A stretch of DNA of 64,000 nt from Thecamonas trahens ATCC 50062 (taxonomy: Eukaryota; Protista; Apusomonadida), in contig NW_013657678.1 in NCBI RefSeq assembly GCF_000142905.1, positions 248,001-312,000 of the forward strand, read 5' to 3'. Numbering within the stretch: the stretch's first letter is position 1; each line of letters starts with the position of its first letter. Positions 11,768 to 24,800 of this stretch are shown piece after piece. Below the pieces are notes generated by a model. That model was not told the DNA's origin, made no database searches, and worked only from the letters and a program-made list of their open reading frames with translations. A program made the translations under genes and the position numbers.

Positions 11768-12523
11768 CTAGAACAGTGAATGGCGATGAATGGGAAGCGA
11801 GGCATAGCCGAGCTCGCGTTCGCGCTCCTCTTCCTCCATGCGCAGCTGCTGGCGATAAGCTGCAAGCCGCTTGTTCTCCTCCATCAGGGCGCGCTCGTAC
11901 TCGCGGCGGGCATTCGCCTGCTTCTGCTCCATAGTCTCTACAATAGAGTCCTGGTTCTCACGCTTGGAGAGGTAAGCGTTAAGCTCAGCCTCCTCACGCT
12001 CGCGCGCCTCGACCTTCCACTGGATGGCCTCCTTCTGCGCGTCTTCCATCTCGTGGCGGATCCGGATCCGCTCGTCGCGGTCGCCATACAGCGCCGCAAT
12101 CCGCCGCCGCTCAAACTCAGCAAACGCTTCGCGCCTCCGCCGCCACTTGCTGTCTTCAGCTGCACCAGCACGCGCCCCATCATCCGCATTTGCTCCCTTC
12201 CTGCGTCAGTCTCCTGCCCTCCGCCAGCCGGCCGCCGACCACCGGCCGCCGGCTACTGCCACCTGCCGCCGCCGATCGCCGCCGACGCCTCCGTCCCCCT
12301 CCCCCACTCGGTGCAGGCCCTCACACCGACATCCTTCCACCCCCCACCCCCCCCCCTCCCACCCCTCCCCGCGCCAAAATTACAACTGTCCGCTGCCAGC
12401 AAGCCATACCCGGCCCATGCAACAGCACGTACCCTGCGTCTGCCGTGGCGCCGACTCTTCATGGTGGCGCGACATGGTGCTCCGCTTCGGGCGCAGCATA
12501 ATATTGGGCCGATTCGCCGCCAT
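11768..12523 (-). CDS. Small charged coiled-coil protein, ~160 aa (2 exons: 12523-12433, 12159-11768)
   Basis: The GTACGT...CTGAC...TGCAG intron 12160-12432 joins MAANRPNIMLRPKRS...QTQ to AEDSKWRRRREAFAEFERRR...EYERALMEENKRLA...HRHSLF. Confidence 0.6.
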
Positions 12524-12633
12524 CGTCTCTGTTCTCTGTCCTCTGTCCGTCGGGCGGAAGTCAGGTGTGCGCCGCTTCCGCTTCGGTCTCGGCCTCGGCC
12601 TCGACGTCTTGCCGCAAGACGAGCATGCATCAT

Positions 12634-15600
12634 TTACGCACTTGTGCCAGCACCATCATCCTCGCCGTCATCGTCACCGTCCGAATCGACGTAGTTGTCG
12701 CCGACCTTCTTGGCCAGCACGCGAGTGACGTACTGCGACACAGTCTTGCCGCTCTGGCCGGCTGTCGCCGCTGCAAACTGTGCTGAGCTCTCGGGCGCCT
12801 CGCGGTGGAGGTTGAGCAGGTAGAGGAGGGCGCGCTCAGCGGCGAGCTTGACGGCGATCGACTTGCCGCGGGCGAGTTCGGCCATTGTAGCTGCGAGGCT
12901 CGGGAGCGAGCCGGCAAGGACGTCGGCGGCGTCGGACCGGGCAATGGCCTTGAGTTGGGTGAGGGCGGAGGCGACGACGTCGGGCGACTCGTCGTCAAGA
13001 AGCGCGACCAGGTTAGAGAGGGCGGCGTCGACAGTGGCGTCGAGGACGCCCGACGGCGAGTAGAGGCCGGCGCCGAGCGCCTCGGCCGCCGCCATGCGAA
13101 TAGGCGCGCGGTCGTCGGCCGCCGCCGCCGAAAGCGCCGCCATTACCGCGCTCTCACGACCGGCGAGGAGCTCCGGCGCGTTGGCGACCACGCCGCCGAG
13201 GAAAGTGACCGCGCCGCAGCGAGTAAGCCAGTCGGACGACGGCTCGGCCAGCGCAACGTCGTCAACCAGCGCCGCGGCCTCGTCAGCCGGAAGGAACGAG
13301 GCAAAGAGCGAGAGCGCGAGCGCAGCCTCTGTCCGCACGCCGGTCTCGGTCGAGCCGAGCTCAGCAACCAGGGTCGGCTTGAGCAGCGCCTGGGTCTTGG
13401 CCTTCATCTTGGCGCCTGCCACGCGGAGGACGGCGGCGAGAGCCTTGAGCATGGTCTCCTTGACGTCGTCTTCCGACTTGCCCACGCCGTTGCTCAGCTC
13501 GGTGAGCAGGGGATCAACCCGCGACTGTAGCGGAATGAGGATGCCGAGCGCGGTCGCGGCCTTGACCCGCACATCGCGAGCCGGGTCGTTAAGCGCTTTG
13601 ATCAGCGTCGTCTGCAGCTGCGGCAGGAACGGCTTGATGCTCTTCCCGCCCTTCAGCAGCAGCATGCGCAGTGTCGACAGGATGGCAGCCTTGACCTGTG
13701 CCGGGAACCGGTCGCCGATGACTCGGATGAGCGGTCCAGTGAGCTTGACCACGTACGCCTTGAGCGCCGACGGCGGCGTCATCGCCACCACCTCGCCAAT
13801 GCCCAGAGCCGAAGCCTCGCGGAGCTCCGGTGAGCCGCACATCAGGCCTTGCTGGAGCATCGGCACCAGCGGGTCAATACCCTTGCGCAGGCCAAAGCCG
13901 GGAATCTCCACACTGGCGAGATCCTCGAGCGTCAGCGAGCCGTCGAGCGGGGAGAGCCGCAGGCCAGCCGAGACCCGAAGCCGCTTGAGCAGCATGCGCA
14001 CGTGCGAAATGTACGGCAGGAGCTCGTCCTTGTCCACAGACTTGGTCACTGCCAGCAGAGCCCTCCAGGCGGCCGCCACCACCGAGTCGGACTCATGCAC
14101 AAAGAGCGCGAGGAGATGCCGGAACAGGCTATACAGCTCCGACGAGATGTCGTACGTGTTTGCCTCGCAGAACGCCGCAAGCAGCTTGGCCGCATTCTCG
14201 CGCACCGCACCCTTGGCCTCGGCGTCGGCCAGAGTGTCCAGCAGCTCACCGAGAACGGTCGAGACACCCTCGGCCGAGACCGCGAGGACCACACCCTCGG
14301 CAGCCTGCTTCGCCGCGCTCGCCACGTCGTCGTCGTCCGACGCCATGGCGTCCATCAGCGGCGAGAGCAGCTTGGAGAGGTGCGCGTTGAGCGCAGAGCC
14401 GGCCACTTCGGAGAGTGTCGCCAGCGCCTGACAGTCGACTGCAGTAAGCGGCGGCTCGACAAGCTTCGGCAGCAAGTATGGGAGCACCACGTGCGAGCGG
14501 ACAGAAAGAATCTGCCGCAGCCCGTCCAGCGCATACTCACTCTTCTCGTCCGACGCCTTGTTGACCTGGGCCAGCATCGGCGGAATAACCTTGGCCAGCG
14601 CCTCCTGGCCGACCACAGAGTAGAGCACGTCGTACGCCTGCGCCGCAGCCTCGCGCACGTCCTCGGACGGGTCGCACAGGGCCGCCTTGACAGCAGGCAC
14701 AATCGATCCCACGTACGACGAGAGCGTACCCGACGGCGCAGACGCCATGACCTCGGAGAGGCCCAGGCACACACCCTGCCGCGTGTCCGAATCGGGAGAG
14801 TCCAGCTCGGACCGCAGAATCGGGATGACAACACCCATGACCCGTGCCCCAAGCTTGGCCACCACATCGCCGAGCGACCGCGATGCAATCTGGCGCTGAT
14901 CCGGGTTCGCCGACGACAACGAGTCGATGATTAGAGCCATCATGGCAGGCGCCACATCGATCAGCATCCGTCCGGTGTTGACCACCAGCTGCTTCCACAC
15001 CCGCAGAGAGGCCTGCCGCACCAGCGGCGAGAGGTCCAGCCGCATCATGTACAGCGCCGCAAAGACCTTGTTGCGCCGCTCCAGGCCCAGCCGGAGCGTG
15101 AGGTCCACCTCCGTTTCGGCATTCGTCATGCCTTCGTCGCCAGACCCGACTGTGTCCACCTGCAAGTTGCCCGAAATGCCCGAGAGCCGGAACAGAAGGT
15201 CACCAAGGAGCTCGACAGACGACTCGCGGATCCGCCAGTCATCGTCAAAGAGGCCTTCCATGAGCGAAGGCAAGAGGAGCTCGAGCGCGTCCGCCGCAAA
15301 GCCGGCAACAATGACCTTACCGGCCTTGAGCGCCCGGTCACGCACAGCCTCGGCCTCGTCAGCAAGACCCTGCAGAACCACAGGAAGGACGACGGAAATA
15401 TAGTCAGCAAAGGCGTCACCCAGCACAGGCGGGATAAAGACAAAGACGTTGAGGAAGCCCTCTCGGGTGGCAGCGTTCGGCGAGCTCGTTTTCTCCGAGA
15501 GCTCGTCAATGGCATCGGCAAACGCGTCTGCGCCCAGCGAGCCAATGACCTCGGCAAGAGCCTGAGCCGCACCCAGCCGTGCCACCATCGACGACCCGTC

Positions 15601-18600
15601 GCCGGTCTCGGTCCAGAGCCAGGCCACCGTGTCGGTGAAGTTCTCCTCGCCCACCCCGGCAACCAGCGAGCCGATGGCGTGCGCCACCACCGATCGCACC
15701 GCCGGCGATGAGTCGCTCACCGTGTCACGAAGCTCCTCCATCACGTGCTCCATGTACGGGAGCAGGTCTGAAGGCGACGCAAGCGTGCAGAGCGAGCCCA
15801 TGATGCGCGCAGACTTTGTCCGCGCATTGGTCTTGGTCGTCCGCAGGCCACGGAGCACAACCGGGATGATAAGCGCCAGCGAGGGTGCGTCGATGCGATG
15901 CACAAACGAGGTGGTCATCAGCGCGTCGAGCGCCGCCTCGGTGCACTTTGTCGGCTCCGAGTATGCCGCAAGAAGCGTCGGGACCACGCTGCTCACCTCG
16001 GGGTTGCGCACCACAGCGGCAATCTTCTCCAGCGCCTTGGTCCCCGAGTGCTTGACCTTGGGGTGCGAGTCCTTCACCGCCATCGCCAGCCGCGGCACCA
16101 CCTCGGGCAGGCACACCGCAAGCTGCTTGGGCGCACACATCGCCAGCGAGCCCATCAGCCGGATCGCGCCCTGGCGCGCGCGCCACTGGTGCACGTCCAT
16201 CGCCTCTAGCACCGTCGGCAGGATCTTCTTCACACCGTGCGCTGAGAGCCGCGACACAATCGACGCCGCCGCCGCAGACGCCATCTGCCGCACCTCCTTG
16301 TCCGTCTCGGCATGACCCTCCAGAAGGGGCGAGAGGGCGTGCTTAACGTACGGCTCAAAGAGCGGGCCCCACACCTTGGCGCAGCACTCGTACGCAAAGT
16401 ACACACCCAGCCGGACGTCTCCGCTGCTACTCTTGACGCTCTCGGCCAGCTTCTCCATCACGCCAAACTGCTTGATCGAACCAAGGCCCAGACCCTTGAC
16501 AAGACCCGCCAGCGCGTGAGCCGCGCCGCGCCGCTCCGCGTATGGGGTCTCCTTCGAGCTCAGCAGGCCAAGCATGACCTCCAAGTTGTTCTGAGCCTTC
16601 GACTTGACCTCCTTGGCCGGCTTGGCGAGGCACTTGGCCACCGCACTCTGCACCGCATGTGACGGCGTCATCACCGCAGCCATAAGCGAGTCAAACACGC
16701 CCTCAAACAGCGGATTACCCTTGGGCAAGTGCTTGACCAGCGCCGACAGGTACGTCACAACAATCTCGCGCCGCAGGTCGTCCGCAGCAGACATCGCATC
16801 GTGGTCAAACTCCCGCTGCAGGACAGAGAGCAGGTTCGCCGCATGGTCGCGCCCGCACTCCTTGATGAGCGACACGCCGGCGTCACGGTACGCCTCGCGG
16901 ACCTCCTCCGACTCGTCGAGCAGGCCAGAGTCCAGAAAGTAGTCGAGGAGAGTCACGAGCGAGCTCTCGCCGAGGGAGGCCACTCGCCCCATCTCGGCAA
17001 GCACAAATCCCATGCCCTCGCGGACCCGCGCATTGGCAGCCTGCATGTGCGACTGGGTCGCCTGCAGCGCCGCGAGCTCGGTCGCAGACATCGCCGTCTT
17101 GACGGAAGCCGACGTGTCGACCGCCACCGGAGGCGCAGACTCGATCCGTGCAAGGACCCAGGCGAGGAACGCTTCCGGCGTGGCTGTCACGCCCGAGCCT
17201 CGCTCTGCGAGCGACGAACTCACCACCGCACGCGCAACCTGCGCACGGATGTCACGCGAAGGGTCGCTCATCAGGGGAATGAGCGCCCGCTCTGCAAACA
17301 GCGAGACCACGCCGTCGTCGGCAGCTTCGGACGCCGTCGGCGTTCGCAGCTCCACCTCGTCGACCTCCCACTCGGGTGTCAGCTCCCACGCAGCCCACAG
17401 CTCGCTGGCCAGCGCAGCATTGGCCTCGATCGAATCCTTGGTCGCCATGTACACCAGCGCCTTGTACCGCTGCGAGTTACCCGTCAACTCCACGCCGTAC
17501 TGCGCACCAAGCAGGGCCCGGAGACCCAAGCCGCGGATGTGCTGGTTCGGCGAGCGGAGCGTCTCAAACAGCACGCCGGCCTCCGTAGGCTCCACAAGCT
17601 CGGCAATTTTGACCAGAGCTTTGGCTGCCGCGCTCTCCATCCGCGGGTAGTCGGTCACCACGTAGAGACAGAGCTCCAGGACCTGGTCCCGCGGCAGCGC
17701 GCCTTTGAGCGACACACAGCGCAGCGCCGTCCGCAGCGCAAAGTCGCGCAGCTCCGGCGCCGCACTCGTCGTCTTCACAACGCTTGCCAGGACCGGCAAC
17801 AAAAAGAAGAACGTCGGCTCGGCATACCTGTGCGTCGGCCGAGTTGCCCGGAGAATGTCCATCAACGTGTTGCGTGCCTCGCTCACCTCCACGCCATGCC
17901 AAGCCTCGTCCGGCAGGCTCACGCCTGCCGCGCCCAGCATTGCCGCCGCAAACACATGCCGCGACGCCACCAACTCGGGGTCGATCGTCGCCGACAGCGC
18001 CGCCACAACGGCGACGCCAATCTTGGACGCCTCACACCAGGTACTCGTCGCCACCGCGAGGCCGGCGTCGAGAAGCGAGCCGACCATGGCACACAGCGCA
18101 GTGTTCTTCATCAGTCGCGCCGAGCTCGCCACGATCTTGCCAGCCATCGACGACCTCGTCAGCGCGCTCCGCAGCTGCTGGCGCCGCACCGACTCGGCTG
18201 CAATCGCCTGCGCCCTCTCCTCGGCGGTCATCGTCGACTGTGCCGTCGACTTTCCGGTCGCGCCCGCACTGGCGCGGCCCTTTGCCCCGACGCCCTTACC
18301 CTTGCCACCGGCCTTGCCCTTGGGCATGACCTTGAGGCCAGACGCCTTGCCGCCGGCCCGCTTCGCGCCACGGCCCTTGCCCTTGGTCTTGCCCATGGTC
18401 ACTGGCGCCTTGCCACGCCGCTTGGTCGTCTTGGAGCTCATGACCACCGCTCCCTTGCTCAACTTGGTCGCCGACTTGCTGCTAGCCTTGGAAGCGCCGA
18501 CCTCGGCCGCCAGCCCGGTCTTCTGTTCCACGTTCGGCGCGAGCGTGCCCTCGGGCGTGCCCTCAATCAACACATCCTTGGCAGTCATGGAGCCGAGCAC

Positions 18601-21559
18601 CGACGCGCCATCAGCGAGCGCCGAGCTCGCCATTTCTAGCACCGCAGCAGCAGCAGCCGGTCGCACGTCGGCCACCGCCGCAATGTACCCCGTGATGTGC
18701 AACGCAGCGTCCGCAAAGTACGGCGACGAGCCAAAGAGCAGCGCTGAAAACTGCCGCTGCAGCTCCGAGACCGAGGCATCATCTGCAGACGGACCTTGCC
18801 CGTCATTGCCTGCACCAGCGCCGTCCACGGCTCGACATGCACGTCTCCAAAGAGCACGTCGTCGAGACCGGGAACTACGGCGCAAACCGCATTCCACGCC
18901 TCGGCGCAACCGTCATGCCAAGCATCATCCTCGGGCGTCCACGAGTTCTTGCGGACCAACCGCGAAAAGGCAAGCACGCAGCCGGCAACAACCTCATCAA
19001 CAGGCAACTCGCTCGCAGCCGGAGCACCGGCGAGGAAGAGCGCCTCCAGAGCCCGGGTCGCCGCCTGCCGCATTGCCCAAAGCTGGTTGGCTGCCAGCGA
19101 CTCGGGCGCCTCCGTCGCCGACGAGGCTGCCGCACCGTCAGAGCTCGACGCAGCCCGCGCCGCCAGCGCCTCAGGCGCCAGGTGGCCCTCGTCAAGTGCG
19201 ACGAGCACGCTCGCAAAGTGCGAGAGGAAAACCGCGCGCGTGGTCGCCGTCTCAGCCACAACCACACTCATGGCATCGCGCGCAGCGGTTTGGACTCGCT
19301 CGTCCGGGTAGAGCGCCAGCACCACCAGGCACCGCTCCAGGAGAGCAACTTGCTCCGGCGAGAGCGTTGCCACGAGCTGCGAGTAGTACACCCGGGTGTT
19401 GAGCGCGCCCACAAGCGAGGCAAAGGCGACAAGGTCGCGCCAAGAGATCTTGGTGGAAATGGCATCGGGCGTCGTCGCGACGTGTGCCACAAACGAGCCG
19501 TCAAAGGCAGCGCCGTCGGCGATGCTGTCCACAACCTGCGCTGCAGTCTCAGCCTCAATGCTGCTATCGACCTTGCCCATGGCCATGAGGACAGCGCCAG
19601 CAACTGCAGCGTCGGGGAAGGCGAGCTTGCCCTTGGCCATGCCAGCGCTCACTGCCTCTAGAAGGACCGGGACAAGTGGAAGAAGACCATGCGCGAGCGT
19701 GGCATGCATGTTCTCATGGAGCATGTGGAGCGCGGCGAGGCGGGCCTGCGACTTTTTGTTCTTGGAGACCGAGAGGAACTTGGTGAGGAGTTTGGGCCAC
19801 TCGGCCGGGACCTCCCGCGCAGCGCGGAGCCACGGCCCTGCACCGCGGAGCACCGCCACCAGAGCCTTTTCGTTCGAGTTGGACGCGAGAACGGCAGCAA
19901 GTGGTGCCAGAGCCGTCGGCGCAAGCTCGGCCAGAAGGCTCGAGCCTGCAGGCGCCGACGCAACAACGCCGAGTGCCCGCGCCGTACCTCCGAGCGCGTA
20001 CCAGAGCGAGACCGAGCCGCACTTGCCGTTGACGGCGTCGCCGAGGCCAGCGACCATGTCGCGGAGAACCGATGGGTCCGAGACGGCAGCGACAAAGACG
20101 CCAAAGACGCTCAGCGCCTCCTCGCGCACATCGTCGTTCTCGTGGCGCGCCGCCTTGAGCAGCATGGCGCCGAGCGACGCCTTGGCGTGGGTCGCCGAAA
20201 ACGAGACCTCGCCGTCGCCGTTGCGGGCAAAGGCCGAGAGGTCCATGGTCGTCTCGCACACCAGGAGCGTGGCAAAGGCGAAGCCAGCGTCGACCGATCG
20301 CTTAAAGGCTGAGACGGTCGCGGCAACGCACTGAGTGAAGAGCTCGCGGTCCATGGCGGCGACCATCGGCGCAAAGACTGCGAGCGAGACCCCGGTCACC
20401 ACGCCGGCCTTCTTGGTGGCCGGCCCGGAGATTAGCGTGTTAGAAAGTAGTCGGTGAGTTCAGTCATGGCTGGCGCAGCCAGCTGAGCCGACTCTGGCTC
20501 CTGCGCCAGTGAACTGACAAGGCCGACAACGCCAAGACCCATGGCCGGATCGGCCTTGCCGGCCAGCGCAACCTTGGCAACGAGGTCGCCGAGAACAGCG
20601 GCAGCGAGCTCGTCGCCGAGGCTCGCCAGCGCCGCCCGCACCGCCACCAAAGCCGAGGCGTACAAGCCCGAGTCGAGCGACGGGCTTGCGGCGTGCAGCA
20701 GGTGCAGCTGGAGGAGAATCGAGCCAACAAGGAGGCCGTAGCGCGACTTGCCGCCGTCGGCCTGCGCCGCCTCGTCCTTGAGCGCTGCAACAAGCGCCGG
20801 CCGCTCCAGCAGCAGGCAGCTCCAGCGGCAGAGGGTGTAGACAACGCCGGACGGCGCCGCCTTGTTGGCCTTGGTCAACTTGCCAACGTACGTCACAAAC
20901 GCATTCTCAAAGGCGGCGATAGGCATCAAATGATCCCGCACAAACTCGCGGACCAGCTGCTGCGACGGCTCGTCGGTGTACGCCTGTTGCGTCGCCCCCC
21001 CGCCCCAAACAACCCCCCCCCCCCGCAAAGCGAAGGTATTCGAAGTTTCGCAGTCGCCGGCGGTTTCGGAAGGAAAGGTCGCTCCAGTTAGTCAGGGCAC
21101 CCGAAATTCGAGCCCTGCCCCATCCTCGGCCGCCCTGCACACACGCACCGTCGTCTGGGGCGCTACCTACTGCCCCATCTCGCCAACAACACACCAACAT
21201 ATCGAGCAACATGTGGAAGCCAGAGTATGTCGGCCTCTCGCCAATGCGGCGGATGGGGAAGCCTCGCCCTGCTGCTCTCGCCAAGGCATGGTCCGCAACA
21301 GAGAAAGCCGGAGCCATCAAACTTGGCCAAAGCCGCCCCCTCCCCCACGCACACCCCACCATCGTGCAACGTACATCAAGGGTGGCCACAACAGCCTCGG
21401 CCAGCGAGCTCAGAACAGCCTTGTCAGACACGTCAGATGCTGCGATGAGCTCGGGGAGGTTCGTCACGAACAGAGTCTCCCGCCACGGTCGTAACCGCAG
21501 CCACTGCCGCGGCAAGGTCGACCGTCGGCTGCTCGTCGGCTGCTGCCGGCTGCTGCCAT
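12634..21559 (-). CDS. GCN1: GCN1 translational activator (HEAT repeats), ~2,850 aa; intron 20984-21374; frame breaks near 20440 and 18795; first-exon frame unresolved
   Basis: GCN1 signatures ERRGAAHALAGLVKGLG, LSAHGVKKILP, MCAPKQLAVCLPEVVP, FVHRIDAPSLALIIP, WRIRESSVELLGDLLF and VVKLTGPLIRVIGDRF. The upstream ORFs 18636-20402 and 20432-21028 continue the similarity. Confidence 0.93.
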
Positions 21560-21843
21560 TGATCGAGCGATGGAGAAGTGTGGTGGCCTGAGGACGGGGT
21601 CGGATGTCAGCAATAATTGTTGGCCATGAATATAGCATGAACACAGCACCGCTGACAGCTGAGGCCTTGATTGCCGCTGTCCATGCTGACGACATTTCTG
21701 TGGACGGTCTGACGCGCGAAAGCAAATGCTAGAATGAATCTGGCTAGAGGCATCGGTTTACGGGCCAGCTAGCGTACGGCAGGACGGACGGCAGGACGGA
21801 CGGCAAGAGTGCCCAACAGACTCGGTGGTAGCCATCGCTATGG

Positions 21844-24800
21844 TTACTTGTTCTTGGCCTTGTTCTTGGACTTGTTCTTGGACTTGTCCTTGGCCTTGTC
21901 CTTGGACTTGTCCTTGGCCTTGTCCTTGGACTTGTCCTTGGTCTTGTCCTTGGACTTGTCCTTGGCCTTGTCCTTGGCCTTGTCCTTGGACTTGTCCTTG
22001 GACTTGTCCTTGGACTTGTCCTTGGACTTGTCCTTGTCTTTTTCCTTTCCCTTGTCCTTTCCCTTGCCCTTATCCTTACCCTTGCTCTTATCCTTATTCG
22101 TATCCTTGCCCTTGTCCTTTTCCTTACCCTTGTCCTTATCCTTGACCCGAATCCCGTTAGCCCCACTCGAAGACTCACTGTCCGAGCCGAGACCGATCTG
22201 CGACGAGCCTCGGACAGACGAACGGGTCGAGGTACCGGCCGCACCGATCTTGCGCGACCGGGTCGAGGCCGACCGGGTCGAGGCCGGCGACGGCGACCGT
22301 GCAGCCCGCTGGCGCTGCGATGTCTGACGTGACCGTGTCGACGCCGCCCGCGATGCAGGCGGCGGCGACCGGGTCGACCGATCCATCTGTGATGGCTGCC
22401 GAGACGGCTGTCGCGACGTGTACCGCGACGCGAGGGCGCGCGCCTGCACCGCCGCCAGCTCGCCTTCGTCGCCGGTGGGCGAGGCTGAGCGAACCCGTGT
22501 CCGATTAAACACTTTTTCCACTTGCTTGCGCTCGTAATCGGCCCGCTTCGCGCGCTGCCGCTCGTAGTTCTGCCGGATGGTCCGTGCACGCACCTTGTTG
22601 TCCGCAAGGTCCTGCGCTCGGTCTTCCAGTCCGCCAAACCGCATCTTGCGCCAGACCTCAAACTCGGAAACCAGCGAGGCTGACGCAAGGTCCACGGCAG
22701 AGTGTAGCAGCGCGAGATCGCGGACGAAAGGCTCGATCACCGGCTCGATGTCTACAACGTGACCGCGGTCGCTCTTTCGCAGTGGAATGTCCTCCCAGTC
22801 TGGATGGTTCTTGGACCCGCGCGCCTCGTTGCGCGCGCGGGTCAGTGCATACTCGTAGTCCTCGTCGACGTCACCCGCCGCCACAACCGCGGCCAGCGCC
22901 CGCCGCAGGTCGCGCTTCCGGTCTGCTACAAGCCGCTTCTTGGCTTCGATCATCGACTTGCGCTCTGCGCCCTCGGAGAGTACAAACTCGGCAAAGGCCT
23001 CGTCGCGCGACGGCGGCTGAAGATACTCGAGCCGCCGCTCATATTCGACCGTCAGCGGCTTGCGTCCGGCCTCCTTGGCAATCTTGTGTGATGCTTTGGA
23101 GATCTCCGGCTGGAGCGTGAGCTCAGAGTACATGTCCTCTTCCACCTTTTTGAGCTCGTCCATCTTGCGCGCCCGCGCCACAGACTCGGCCTCCATGAAG
23201 CCTCGCTTCCGCGTCGACGCCATTGCCAGCGACCGTGCGTTGAGCGATGGCTTGAACGACGGCTTCTCGCTCTTGGACAATGGCTGCGGCGCCTTGGCCT
23301 TCCGACCACCGTTGAGTCGCGCCAGCTCCAGCGCCTGCTCCAGCTCGGGATCTAGTTGCCGCTTCTTTCCGTCGTTGCCATCGCCCCGCTTCGACCCGGC
23401 CTCGGACGTTCGCTGCGCCGACTTGCCGCCTGTGCCGCTGCGCCCAGACCCACGCCGAACAGGGAGCGCGCCGTCGGGCTTGCCGCTGCTGCCGCCGCGT
23501 CCACGCTCGCGTCCCTGATCGCGTCCGCGACCTGATGACACCCGCGAGGTCTTCCCTAGCCGCAGCGCCTTTTCCATTTCGGCTAGACGCCGCGCATGGT
23601 CGCGTGCACGACGGTTGTCGGCGTCGTCCGCCTGTCTCAACTCGTCACCGAGATCGCGGAACGCCTCGTCGTCGTCCCAGTCGTACGCCTCATCGAGGTC
23701 AGACGACCTCACCTCGGAGACAGAAGCCTCCGAGACCGACACGTCCTCCGCCCGAATCTCGCCATTGCCGTTGCTCTCACGCGACGAGCGAGAGCTGTCC
23801 GAGGATGAGCCCGAGCTCGACAAACTCGAGTGCTTGCCCTTGCCCTTGCCCTTGCCCTTGCCCTTGCCCTTGCCCTTGTCCTTACTCTTGCCCTTGCCCT
23901 TGCCCATTCCCTTCTTTGGCGACGACGACGCCGACGACATTCCGGCCGCAAGCCTAAAGCCCGACGCTCCGCCCTTCTTGGTCAGATTCGACACGTTGGT
24001 CGATGTCGCGCCCGAGTACTTGGCTGCCGAGTTGAGCTGGAAGGCCTTGCGCTTTCGCTTGGCCCAAGTCGCGCGCTTCCGCTTCGCTTTGAGCCACTTG
24101 TCGCGCTTGGCCTGTTTGCGGCGGCTGTGCTTGGCCTTGAGGGCGAGGCGGAGCTTGTTGCGCTCCGCGCGGATGTCGGCGAGCGTCTTGGTTCGAGACG
24201 AGACTTCGGGGGCAAACGAGCACTCGCCCATGACTTCCACCTCGACCTCCTTCTTCAGATCCTCCATTCGGTCGGGCGCGGGCGCCTGTGCTATTTTGGC
24301 CAGCCGCCGCTGGCGAGCACGCGCCACCCGCCGGGCCTCGCGCCGCTTGCGGAGAATCGACTGCCGCTCGCGCTCGTCCATGTACGTAGTATCGATGCCG
24401 GCCAGTAGCTGGGCTTCGTCGGCGTTGTCGTCATCGTCGTCGTCCGAGCCGCCCATGACAAGCTCGTTGTAGATCGCCGCCGACTTGGGGTTGGTGGCGG
24501 GCTTGAAAGAGAACTGCGGGTCCGTGCCGGCGTCGGCCGCACGCCGCTGAGACTCGCGCCGTCGCGAGAGTGCAGTTTTCTTGGACGACCGCTTCCGCGC
24601 AAGTGCAAGTGACTTGCGCGAAATGGCAGGCGAAAAGGTGCACTCGGCCAGTGAACGGAAGGTCGATCGCTGTAGCGACGTTGCGTTGCGTGACGTTGAA
24701 AGCTTGAGCAGCCAGACCTTTTCCTCCTCAGTCGCCACTGCCGCACGGGTCTGCAGAAACGCGGCCGCAGACCTCGGTGCGCCACCGCGCTTGTCGTCTA

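Noticed and set aside
18783-18794. 12-nt GTCCGTCTGCAG micro-intron in GCN1
   Set aside because: Its length is a multiple of 3, so it cannot fix the frame change.
11780-20334. Many long plus-strand ORFs (e.g. 13094-14431, 16729-18639, 17705-19402) opposite GCN1
   Set aside because: Expected in high-GC coding DNA, where antisense stops are rare; the translations are Ser/Arg/Ala-biased and motif-free.
6582-21559. eIF2B-alpha and GCN1 (both integrated stress response) lying within 5 kb
   Set aside because: Two unrelated genes lie between them and no shared motif was seen; one such pairing is plausibly chance.
21847-22144. Regular short repeats as a possible CRISPR array or telomeric repeat
   Set aside because: No unique spacers; in-frame Lys-X coding repeats; eukaryotic context.
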